A stretch of 64,000 bases of DNA, taken from Pelagomonas calceolata. Taxonomy: Eukaryota. Position numbers and translations under genes: made by a program. The DNA is taken from NCBI GenBank assembly GCA_918797485.1, contig CAKKNE010000002.1, forward strand, positions 558,001 to 622,000, given 5' to 3'. A model generated the notes under the pieces. That model was not told where the DNA came from and searched no databases. It saw nothing but the letters and a program-made list of their open reading frames with translations. Below are positions 49,955 through 59,341 of the stretch, in pieces (position 1 is the first letter of the stretch; every line of letters begins with the position of its first letter).

Positions 49955-51912
49955 ATGGCTCAAAACAAGAAGATTTACGTCTTGGACTGCGGCGGCCAGT
50001 ACTGCCACCTCATCGCGTCTAGGCTGAGGCGCCACGAGGCGCTCTCGGTGATCGTGCCGCGCGCCGCCGCGTCCCGAAGCAAGCGCCGCGTCTGCGCGAT
50101 GGCGCGGAGGAGACACCACTTCTACGCCATCGACGACCGCGCCGCCGCGCCTCGACTCACCGGTCGCGCACACGCAGGTGCGACGTGCCCGTCGCCGAAC
50201 TGAACGATGCGGCGGCCATCGTCGTGAGTGGAGGGCCCCAGTCGTGCTTTGATCCGGACAGCATGAAGGTCGACCCCGCGCTGTGGCAGCTCCCCGTGCC
50301 CATCCTAGGGATTTGCTACGGGTGCCAGATGATGTGTAGAGATCTCGGTGGTAAAGTAGAAGAAGCCCAAGTGGGCGAGTACGGCGCTGCGACGTTAACG
50401 GTCACCGATTCATCCGGTTTACTGAAGACAGCGCAAAACTCGACGGTCTGGATGAGTCATAGAGATAAGGTCACGCAGCTCCCGCCGGACTTCACGACCA
50501 CGGCCACAACATCCCACTGCCCCCACGCCGCCGTGGCCTGCGAGGTCGGTGGGAAGCGATTGTACGGGTTTCAATTCCATCCTGAAGTGACGCATTCCCA
50601 AGAGGGCGAGAACATGCTCGGGGCCTTCGTCGACCTCTGTGGATTGAGGGGGTCGTGGCGCATGGACGACTTCGTGGACGAGCAGCTCGCGAAGATCCGG
50701 AATAAGTGCGAAGATGGTAGATCGGTGTTTGTTCTGGTGAGCGGTGGTGTTGATTCTACCGTAACTTATGCACTACTCGCAAAAGCACTACCCCCGGATC
50801 GTATTCTAGGGTTGTACGTGGACACGGGCATGATGCGCAAGGGCGAGAGTGCATTGGTGGAAGAATCATTACAGAAGGCGGGCCTGCCGAACTTGCGATG
50901 CGTCGACGCGTCGGCCCAGTTCCTAGGCGCGCTCGAGGGCTTGACGGCCCCGGAAGCGAAGCGAAGGGCCATCGGCCAGCAGTTCCTGGCCGTCCAGCGC
51001 GACAAGTGCAAGGAATTAGGACTGGATCCCGAGAAGTGGTTATTAGGCCAAGGCACGATCTACCCCGACACGATCGAGTCGGGAGGGGCCGCGAAGAAGG
51101 CCGACGTCATCAAGACGCACCACAACCGCGTGCCGGAGATCGACGCGCTGATCGAGCGCGGTTTAGTGGTAGAACCTCTAGCTGATTTATATAAAGATGA
51201 GGTGCGCGCCGTCGGCGAGCGGCTGGGCCTCGCGCCGCACTTAGTGTGGCGCCAGCCCTTCCCGGGGCCCGGCTTAGGCGTTCGATTATTATGCCACGAT
51301 GGCGAGGACGACGACGCCGACATGAGGGCCAAGGCCGCTCAACAAGCCACGGCGCTCGTCGGCGCCACGGTGTCCGTGCCCCCCTTGAAGAGCGTGGGCT
51401 GCCAGGGCGACGCGCGCACTTATAGAAACTTCGGCGTCATTTGCGGCGATTACGGACGGGACTGGGATGTGCTCGGCGACGCGGCCACAAAAATAGTGAA
51501 CGAGAGCGGGAGTTTGAATCGCGTTTGTGTTTCGTTATTACACAACAAGGCCGGAGACGCGCCGTCGTTCTCCGTGAGCCCGGGCGGGCCGCACACGTGC
51601 ACCTCGGACCGATTCGACGTATTAAGGGAGGCCGACGCCATCGCGACCCAAAAACTCACGGACGCGGGCCTGATGCGCAAGATCTGGCAGTGCCCCGTGG
51701 CCATGGCGCCTCTGACGCTTAACGGCGAGAAGGGCGAGGTCATCATCCTGCGGCCGGTCGACTCGACGGAGGCGATGACGGCGTCCTTCTACCGCGTGCC
51801 CTTTGAGATCTGCGACGACATCGCCTCCGCTATTAAGGAGGCGCTGCCGCAGATTTCGGACGTCCTCTTCGACGTGACCAACAAGCCGCCGGGCACGATC
51901 GAGTGGGAGTAG
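49955..51912 (+). CDS. guaA: GMP synthase (glutamine-hydrolysing); exons 49955-50058 and 50178-51912
   Basis: VLDCGGQYCHLIA, SGGP, PILGICYG, QFHPEV, SGGVDS, QGTIYPDTIES, IKTHHN, PFPGPGL, KPPGTIEWE. The start could be the upstream in-frame ATG (MSTAAP). Confidence 0.95.
50059..50177 (+). mobile_element. Decayed introner-like 119-bp GC-AG intron
   Basis: CC|GCGCGCCG CCGCGT...CACACGCAG|GTGCGACG. TSD 6/8; family motifs GCGTCTGCGCGATGGCG and ACGCCATCGAC. Splicing gives VIVPCDVP. An alternative GC donor at 50056 cannot be excluded. Confidence 0.75.
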
Positions 51913-51950
51913 ATGTATAGCCGCGACCGTATCTAACAACATACAACTTA

Positions 51951-52695
51951 CTATACTTCCTTTCCCCGCGTCGCGACCCAGAGCTCGCCGTGGAAGCGCA
52001 TCGCGGCGTGGTGCGCGGCCGCGGCGAAGACGTGCCAGCCCGCGTGGAACCAGTAGACCGGGTTGAGCGCGCTCGTGGGACACGTGCCTTCTCGGTACCG
52101 GTACTGCTCGATCTCCCAGATGATTTTCCCAAATGCAAAAGTCCCTATGAACCAAAACCAAGTCCGCAGCGGCGCGCCGATCTTTCTACTCGCAGAGAAC
52201 GCGATGCCACCCGCCAGGAAATACTGGAACCTGTGTGCGAAGAATATTGTGCGTTTGCCCCCACGCCATCGAACTGACACCGGCCACGAGCGTCAGCGTG
52301 TTGATGAACACCGCATAGTTCTGCCACCATACATATGTCACGGCGCCGACGATCGGCACGCCCGCGCCCACGAAGAGCGTTCGTCCCCAGAGTGGCGGCC
52401 TCGTCCAGGGGTGGATATCGCGGACGCTCCACAAGTACGCGTGTGCCAGCAGCATCATCGGGAGCTCGTCTAGGAGCTCCGCGCGCCACGACGCGCCCGC
52501 CGTGCCGTGAAAGAGGACGCTGCCGACGAACACGACGATCAATAGGAGCTCGGCAGCGACGAACTCGAAGGGCAGGCCTCGTTCCTTCGCGAGCCGCCAG
52601 CCGATGTAGGCGGTGATTGCAAATATCAAGTTACTAAACGTGTTGGTCCACTCGAAAGTGCGGACCTCCGCCTCGCACCATTTGACGGCAACCAT
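51951..52695 (-). CDS. Alkaline ceramidase family (CREST superfamily) membrane hydrolase, two exons
   Basis: WCE.....EWTNTFSNL, GSVLFHGT, LLDELPM and HAGWHVF (zinc His residues). The frame change near 52230 is resolved by a short intron. Confidence 0.85.
52231..52291 (-). mobile_element. Short remnant introner-like intron (donor uncertain: GC at 52291 or GT at 52309)
   Basis: Ends in the family acceptor CACACAG and contains TCGATGGCGTGG. An intron is required to join the two ceramidase frames. TSD and left TIR are not clearly recognisable. Confidence 0.6.
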
Positions 52696-52827
52696 CCTCA
52701 GCCTCCTCAGGGATGCTGATTTGTACACAGCGCCACCGGCAGCAGTGATGACTTATGCGACTACTAGCAGCGTCTACAGATGCTTGGTTGCAGTTAAATC
52801 CACGCTGCAGCAAAGCCGTCGAGCTGG

Positions 52828-52849
52828 CTAGTGTCTTACATGTCGCTAG
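52828..52849 (+). promoter_or_regulatory. Recurrent upstream element CTAGTGTCTTACATGTCGCTAG
   Basis: Lies between divergent starts 52695(-) and 53042(+). Confidence 0.6.
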
Positions 52850-53041
52850 CTTTTGCTCGTCGCGCTTTCGCCATCAAGCCGCGCCAGACGGTTACATCAA
52901 CCGCTAGAGGGTCACATCGATCCTCTGACTGAAGGCGCACTGCATACCAGATAGCCTCGCCAGCACGCTGCTAGCTGAAAGCCCTCAGGAGCAGCACACC
53001 ACCTGCAAGCCGCACGCTAGTCGCCGCGAGCCGCAACAAAA

Positions 53042-54280
53042 ATGGGCATCGTCGACAAGATCAAGGAGCTCGAAAATGAATACGCGCGGACCCAAAAGAA
53101 CAAGGCCACGGAGGGCCACCTCGGCATCATCAAGGCCAAGCTCTCGAAGCTGCGCGGCGAGCTCCTCCAGGACCAGGCCGGGAGCGGCGGCGGCGGCGAG
53201 GGCTTCGCCGTGCCGCGGTCGGGCGATGGAAGGGTTGCGCTCATCGGCTTCCCGTCCGTCGGCAAGTCGTCTCTGTTATCAACGCTCACGACGACCCAGT
53301 CCGAGGCCGCCGGCTACGAGTTCACGACATTGACCTGCATCCCGGGCAATATTATATACAACGACACGAGGATCCAGCTCCTAGATCTACCGGGCATCAT
53401 CGAGGGCGCGGCCCATGGAAAAGGACGAGGCAAGGAGGTCATTGCCGTGGCGCGGACCTCGGATTTAGTACTGATCGTGTTAGATGCGGCGAAGGAGGGC
53501 GTCGACAACCACAAGATGATCCTCGAGAGGGAGCTCGAGACCGTCGGCCTGCGGTTGAACAAAAGGCCGCCGAATATTACGTTGACGAAGAAGGCGACGG
53601 GCGGCGTCAAATTTAATGCCACGGTACCTCTTACCAAACTAGGAGACGACCCCGAGAAGACGGTCCTGCAGATCCTGAAGGAGTTCAAGCTGCACAACGC
53701 CGAGGTCCTGATGCGGGAGGACTGCTCGACGGACGAACTCATTGACGTGATCAACGGCAACCGGAAATATGTCAGGTGTCTCTACGTGTATAATAAGATC
53801 GACATGATCCCGCTTGAAGATGTAGAAACACTAGCAAGGCAACCCGACTCCATTGTGATAAGCGTGAGGCAGAAGCTGAACCTCGACTATTTGTTAGCAA
53901 GGATGTGGGACGCCATGGGTTTAGTAAGGGTCTACTGTAAGAAGAGGGGCTGCCCGCCGGACCTCGACGAGCCCGTCGTGCTCTCGGCGCAGCGCCACGG
54001 TATTACGATTGAGGCGGCGACGCAGCGCATCTCCAAAGAACTACTGGTGATCTTCAACTACGCCGAGGTCTGGGGCACCTCCGCAAAACACTCGCCGCAG
54101 CGCGTCGGTTTACAACACAAGCTCCACGACGAGGACGTCTTCCAGATCGTCGCCCAGACGAACCAGCAACAAAAGCAGGACAAGGGCTACAGCCAGCGCG
54201 TCCAGAACTACAACGCCGAGATCGCGCGGAAACGGCGGACGCGGACCAAGGAAGGGAAGAAGAAGCGCAGCACGGGGTAA
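53042..54280 (+). CDS. DRG2: Developmentally regulated GTP-binding protein 2 (OBG family, TGS domain)
   Basis: RTQKNKATE.HLG, RVALIGFPSVGKS, SEAA.YEFTTLTCIPG, DLPGIIEGAA.GKGRG, NKID, WGTSAKHSPQRVG. Confidence 0.93.
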   Translation: MGIVDKIKELENEYARTQKNKATEGHLGIIKAKLSKLRGELLQDQAGSGGGGEGFAVPRSGDGRVALIGFPSVGKSSLLSTLTTTQSEAAGYEFTTLTCIPGNIIYNDTRIQLLDLPGIIEGAAHGKGRGKEVIAVARTSDLVLIVLDAAKEGVDNHKMILERELETVGLRLNKRPPNITLTKKATGGVKFNATVPLTKLGDDPEKTVLQILKEFKLHNAEVLMREDCSTDELIDVINGNRKYVRCLYVYNKIDMIPLEDVETLARQPDSIVISVRQKLNLDYLLARMWDAMGLVRVYCKKRGCPPDLDEPVVLSAQRHGITIEAATQRISKELLVIFNYAEVWGTSAKHSPQRVGLQHKLHDEDVFQIVAQTNQQQKQDKGYSQRVQNYNAEIARKRRTRTKEGKKKRSTG

Positions 54281-54284
54281 CTAT

Positions 54285-55115
54285 TTATTTGTGATCGGTC
54301 GAACGGACGGACGGGTGCTTCAGCTCGTCGGCGGAGAGACGAAATCCGAACGGGCCGCGCAGTACGCCGCCGTACGAGCAGAAGTTGAGCGCGGAGATCG
54401 GCATCGCCCGGAACGCCGGCACGGGGCGACCTAAATAACGCGCCAGCGCGCGCGCGTCCATAGACTCCGGGCGATTGATGTCGAGGACGAGGCGGCGGTC
54501 GGCGGGCACGCGCGCCACGGCGGCCTCGTTCCGGCGAAAGGCCGCCTGCGACTCCGCGAGCTGTGGGCATCGCGTGCCGTATTCCAGGCATCGGACGATG
54601 GATTTCTGGGGCTCGTGGTACGCCGGGCCCTCGCAGTGGTGGGCTCCGAAGTTCCGGCCATATTTGGTTCGCGTCGTGTGCACCACCCGGTACCGGGGAA
54701 AGGCGCAGGCGAGGCGCGGCCAGATGTGCGCGAGGGGCGTGTCGAAGTACGCGCGTGCGCCGGCCCGTTCAAAGGCCGAGAAGTCGTAGCGACTCGAATT
54801 CAGCAGCAGGTCGGCCGTCGTGACGAAGCGGTGGCACGTCGGTATGCCGAGCGCGTCGACGGCGGCCGCGACGGAGCGTGTGCCTGTAGCTCCGAGGCCA
54901 GTGCCGAGCACGAGTCGGGTCTGCGACGTCCGCATCCGCGCCGAGCAAGTGAATGGTTCGAGCAGCCAGTCCAAGTTATTTTCGCTCAGCACGGCACGGC
55001 ACTCCTTCGTCATCGCGGCGAGCGCTTTCGCGCCCTGCTTCCGTTTGCCGAGCGCTCGCCGGGCCGGGTCCGCGGCGGCGACCACCGCCGCGACGAAGAG
55101 AACGGACAGGCGCAT
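54285..55115 (-). CDS. Secreted sulfotransferase-like (P-loop fold) protein
   Basis: Signal peptide; VLGTGLGATGTRSVAAAVDALG, D.P.......L...FP...VVHTTR, VP.DR.LVLD, LARYLG.PVP. Confidence 0.7.
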   Translation of the reverse strand: MRLSVLFVAAVVAAADPARRALGKRKQGAKALAAMTKECRAVLSENNLDWLLEPFTCSARMRTSQTRLVLGTGLGATGTRSVAAAVDALGIPTCHRFVTTADLLLNSSRYDFSAFERAGARAYFDTPLAHIWPRLACAFPRYRVVHTTRTKYGRNFGAHHCEGPAYHEPQKSIVRCLEYGTRCPQLAESQAAFRRNEAAVARVPADRRLVLDINRPESMDARALARYLGRPVPAFRAMPISALNFCSYGGVLRGPFGFRLSADELKHPSVRSTDHK

Positions 55116-55384
55116 TATCCTCGATGCGATACGACGATGAATCGAAACGAATGCAAAAGAGTGGCGGGTCGCCGCGAGGCGAATGAATATATTGAAGCGA
55201 GTGGTTGCCTCAATTCACTCACTGAGGGATTCAGGGCCAATTTCAGGCAATTATGGAGCCTCATGCCTCATAGTTCCCGGCACGTTACCACCACAGTGAT
55301 GATTGCTCGGAGATCGCCTCGCTTCTTCGACACAAACTCTTACGTCCGGTCGGCGCCGAGCAAAGCTAAGCTGAAATCGGGGGG

Positions 55385-55407
55385 CTAGCGGTCTGTAAAG
55401 ACACTAG
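55385..55407 (-). promoter_or_regulatory. Recurrent upstream element CTAGTGTCTTTACAGACCGCTAG
   Basis: Lies between divergent starts 55115(-) and 55772(+). Confidence 0.65.
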
Positions 55408-55771
55408 CAAGCACTCAGCGGCGCGATGGCCCAGCAGATTACTCCTGCGAAACCACCCCACTACTACGATTCGAGTTAAGCAAGCCATGGTGAGTGTACT
55501 GGTAGTAGGGGGCGCGTCCGACTCCCGCGCGTCCACCAGGATTTTAGCCGACACTACTGGTACCTTCGAGATCTGCGACGCCGCCCCTTGACTGCAGCCG
55601 AAGGAGAGATACTTCCGCCGCGGCAGATCGCGCGGGGTCGCGGAGAGTAGCGCCGAGTTTGCTCTCCGGGCAGCGGAAGCTGGCGAGGTCTTGCGCGCCT
55701 TGCACGGGAGTAGCAGGAGCTCGGTGAGGCTCGCGGGCAGCCTTTGCTCTCCGTAGGAGGCAGTAGCAGCC

Positions 55772-58700
55772 ATGGGCTGCAACGCGAGCGCGCAGACCGT
55801 CGTTCCCGATGATGCACCGAAGCCGCAACAGTACCAATGGTACTGGCAGTGCTGGGATGAAAAAGTAGAGTACCCTGCGGATGTGCGGGACCGCCTAGAA
55901 AAAGCCTACACGGAGTTCAAGGCGGGCCGCGGCCCGACGTATCCGATTATATCGATAGGGGACGACGGCGACACGGTGTCGCTGAAGGCGATGCAGCAGA
56001 TCTCGAAGACGGGCATCAAGCGCAACGTGGTCCGAGAGACGACGGGCCCCGACCGGGCCGCGGTGTGGTACTACGGATCACCAAAGAGGTGCGCGGGCGA
56101 CGAGGTCCCGTTCGACGAAGGGGAATGCGATAGGCTGGAAGAGGCCTTCGCGGCGTTCCAGGACGGCGGCGCGGCGACCGTCAACATTGATGAAGACCGC
56201 GAGGTCTCTTTCCCGAGGATGCGGCTGCGTCATATGAAAACGGGCGTGCGGCGCGCGGTCGTGCGCGAGGCCCTGCCCGAGAAATATGAATGGTCCTGTA
56301 CAAAAGGAGAGCGGACGCCCTACGGCGCCGACGTCCGCGACCGCCTCGAAGGGGCCTATTTTGAGATGAGCCGGGGCCGCGGCGCGTCGTTCCCGACGGT
56401 CGCCGTGGGCGGCGGCAACACCGTGCACCTCAAAACATTACAGCAGATCTCGGGGACGGGCGTGACGCGGGACGTCGTCCGCGTCGTCGATTCACATCCC
56501 CAGCAGTACCGGTGGTACTGTGATGGGACGCTCTACGGCGATGACGTCCGGGACAGGCTCGAGGCCGCCTACCAGCTCCTGCAGAGCGGCGGCGGCCCGA
56601 CGTATCCGACTATACCGATAGGGGACGACTGCAAGGTGTCGCTGAAGGCGATGCAGCAGATCTCGGGGACGGGCATCAAGCGGGACGTTGTGAGAGAGGG
56701 CGACGGGCCCGACCGGGCCGCGCGGTGGTACTCGGTTACCGAGGCCACGGGTAGCGCCTACGACGCTGATGACAACGAGCGCCTCGAGGCCGCCTACGCC
56801 AGCGATCAGGTGGAATTGGCCGTCGGCGACCGCACAATTGACTTGCAGCGGATGCAGCAGACGTCGACGGCGGGCGTCGTCCGGGATTTGGTAAGGGAGA
56901 AGCTGCCGCAGGAGTACCGCTGGTCCTGCGCCGGCGACGAACTGACCCCTTATACTGATGACGCCCGGGCCAAGCTCGAGGACGCCTACGCGACCTTTCG
57001 CCAGGGCCGCGGGCCGACGTACCCGACCGTATCCGTCGGCGACTGTGAGGTGTCGCTAAAGACCATGACGTCGCGGCACGCGCGGACGGGCGTCCAGCGC
57101 GACGTCGTCCGCGAGCTCGCGCACGACGGGCCCGTCGTGCCGCCGCCGGACGCCTCCCTCGCGCGCGAGGCGTCGTCCGTCAAGCTCCAGGCCGCCCAGC
57201 GGGGCCGCGCGGCGCGGAAGGCCGGCCTGCGCGCGGCGCTGGCGGCGTCGCGCCTCCAGGCGACCGAGCGCGGCCGCCTCGTGCGCACGAAGCGACGGGC
57301 CGTCGCGGCCCACATCCGGGCGGCGGCGGGCTTCCTCGTCGTCCAGCGCCGCCGGCCGCCCCGCTCGGGCGAGGGCCTCGCGGCGACGACGCTCCAGGAG
57401 ACCACGAACGCCACCGCCGAGGAGGAGGCCGCCGCCATCACGGCCGCCGTCGTCGACGACCTCGGGAGAGAGACCGACGAGGAGCCCGCGGTGCCGGCGA
57501 CGCTCACGCGCGCCGAGAGCGTCCGGTCCGCCGAGGCGGAGTGGCGCAAGGCGCGGGACGTCATCCGCGCGATCCCGAACGCGCACGCGCCCATGAGCCG
57601 AGCCTTACAGCGCCTCGTCGAGCAGCGCGAGGCGGCGTTCCGGGACGAGGCCCGCCGGGACGCGGAGGCGGAGGACGAGGCCGCGCGCCGGCGGCGGGAG
57701 GAGGAAGAGGCAGCGGAGGAGGCACGGCGGCAGCATCAGGAGGCGATCATGACGCGCGTGCTAAAACGCCTGGTTGAGATAAAGCTCGGCAATGCTTTCG
57801 AGACCTGGTGCGTCGGCCTGGCCGAGCGGAAGTCGTGGCTGTCGCGCACGACAACGACGGCGCCCTTCTCGGAAAGCTTCGCGACCACGGGGATCTTCGC
57901 GTCGACGCAGTCGCTGGGCGCGACGTTCAAATCGACGCGCGAGGAGGCGTCGTCGTACCTCGACGAGGTCATGCGCTCGCCGTCGCTCGCGCGGGCGTCG
58001 TCGGCCCGCGCGCGGTCGCGCGGCGGCCGCGCGGCGTCGCCGGAGAAGTCGCTGCGCCTGGCGGATTGGAACTTCTCGCCGCCGCCGCCGGACCGCGTCG
58101 TGCGGCGGACGACGCCGGCCTACCCGTACTCGCCGCCCGTCCTCAAGGACCTCACGGCGAACCCACTGGGCGGCTCCGTGCGCGCGGCGACGCCGGCGCG
58201 GGGCCGGCGGCCGCCGTCGCCGACGAAGCAGCCGGATTTTCGTCCTAGGGCGGTCGATGCCGCCCGGAAGGAGGGGCCTCCACATCAAGAAGAAGAGACG
58301 TCCACCGTGCTCACGCCGCGGCGGTCGCCGTCGCCGCCGCCCGCGGCGGACGGCGGACGTGCCGCGCTGGGGCCGCCCGCGCGGCCGGCGCCCGCGTCGC
58401 CCGCGGAGCCGACGCCCGCGTCACCCGAGACTGAAATCCAACCGCGCTCGCGGTCGCGCTCTCCCGAGCGGCCGAAGACCGCAGCGCCGTTTTATGGTCC
58501 ACGGTCGCGGTTGCCCGAGCGGCCGCGGTCGGCGTCGCCCGTTGGCAGGAATCCCTACTCGCCGCGCGATCGGAATTCGAAGGAAGCGGGATGGAATCCT
58601 TGCTTTAACCACGTCGTCGTCAAGAACAAGCCGCTCGACCCCCAACCGTATGGGCCACCACCGCTCACAAAGCCCAAGGCCGTGAGACTGGACGGGGTGC

Positions 58701-59152
58701 CCCAGCACTTGCACCCGGGGAGCCGCCGCGCAGCGGAGACCGCGAAGAAGATCAAGAAGTACCGCCGACAAAGACGCCGGATCGCCGCGGCGGCGGAGGC
58801 GCGCGTCGAGGCTCTCAAGGAGCGGCGGGCACCGTGGGAGGCCTCGTTTGCCTATCCCCGCGGGGACTCTGCGAACCGGAACGCGCCTCGGAAGCAGGCG
58901 CGGCCCGCGACGGCGCAGCCCGCGCGCCCGGCCGCGGACGCGGCGAAGAAGCGGCCCGCGACGGCTGGCGCCGCGCGGTCGCCGATCCGCATCGAGTTCA
59001 ACCCGCGCCACGGCCCGCCTGCGCGGCAACCGGGGACTCGCGACCGCCTGGCCGACCAGAAGAACTCCTACCGCGCCAAGCTGGCCAAGCCGCCCCGCTT
59101 CGGTCCGAAGGTGCACGCTGCGATCGCCGAGGAAATGTATAAGACCATTTAG
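55772..59152 (+). CDS. Protein with six tandem WWE-like domains, IQ motifs and a disordered tail; N-terminal MGC acylation motif
   Basis: Six units W.....(Y/F)......LE.A(Y/F).........VSL..MQQ...TG..R.VVRE; LQAAQRGRAARK (IQ); MGCNAS start. Confidence 0.8.
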   Translation: MGCNASAQTVVPDDAPKPQQYQWYWQCWDEKVEYPADVRDRLEKAYTEFKAGRGPTYPIISIGDDGDTVSLKAMQQISKTGIKRNVVRETTGPDRAAVWYYGSPKRCAGDEVPFDEGECDRLEEAFAAFQDGGAATVNIDEDREVSFPRMRLRHMKTGVRRAVVREALPEKYEWSCTKGERTPYGADVRDRLEGAYFEMSRGRGASFPTVAVGGGNTVHLKTLQQISGTGVTRDVVRVVDSHPQQYRWYCDGTLYGDDVRDRLEAAYQLLQSGGGPTYPTIPIGDDCKVSLKAMQQISGTGIKRDVVREGDGPDRAARWYSVTEATGSAYDADDNERLEAAYASDQVELAVGDRTIDLQRMQQTSTAGVVRDLVREKLPQEYRWSCAGDELTPYTDDARAKLEDAYATFRQGRGPTYPTVSVGDCEVSLKTMTSRHARTGVQRDVVRELAHDGPVVPPPDASLAREASSVKLQAAQRGRAARKAGLRAALAASRLQATERGRLVRTKRRAVAAHIRAAAGFLVVQRRRPPRSGEGLAATTLQETTNATAEEEAAAITAAVVDDLGRETDEEPAVPATLTRAESVRSAEAEWRKARDVIRAIPNAHAPMSRALQRLVEQREAAFRDEARRDAEAEDEAARRRREEEEAAEEARRQHQEAIMTRVLKRLVEIKLGNAFETWCVGLAERKSWLSRTTTTAPFSESFATTGIFASTQSLGATFKSTREEASSYLDEVMRSPSLARASSARARSRGGRAASPEKSLRLADWNFSPPPPDRVVRRTTPAYPYSPPVLKDLTANPLGGSVRAATPARGRRPPSPTKQPDFRPRAVDAARKEGPPHQEEETSTVLTPRRSPSPPPAADGGRAALGPPARPAPASPAEPTPASPETEIQPRSRSRSPERPKTAAPFYGPRSRLPERPRSASPVGRNPYSPRDRNSKEAGWNPCFNHVVVKNKPLDPQPYGPPPLTKPKAVRLDGVPQHLHPGSRRAAETAKKIKKYRRQRRRIAAAAEARVEALKERRAPWEASFAYPRGDSANRNAPRKQARPATAQPARPAADAAKKRPATAGAARSPIRIEFNPRHGPPARQPGTRDRLADQKNSYRAKLAKPPRFGPKVHAAIAEEMYKTI

Positions 59153-59341
59153 TGTTACACAGCACAATCAGTAGTTCCGGACAGCGACGGGCCGCACCGC
59201 ACTCCGAGTCGACCTGCTGGCCCCTTTTTCTGTCACAAGCCTGAGACTCTAGTTCCACAATTTATTCTTAGCACAAGCCTTGGCACGGGAATAAGGATCG
59301 TAGACGGACGTCGCGTGCAGCGCCCGCGGGATCGAACGCGT

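Noticed and set aside
59153..59341. Possible transposon end (TIR or Helitron CTAG hairpin) downstream of the protease gene
   Set aside because: Only a short CACAAGCCT repeat and a CTAG without a convincing hairpin are present, and the other end is outside the window.
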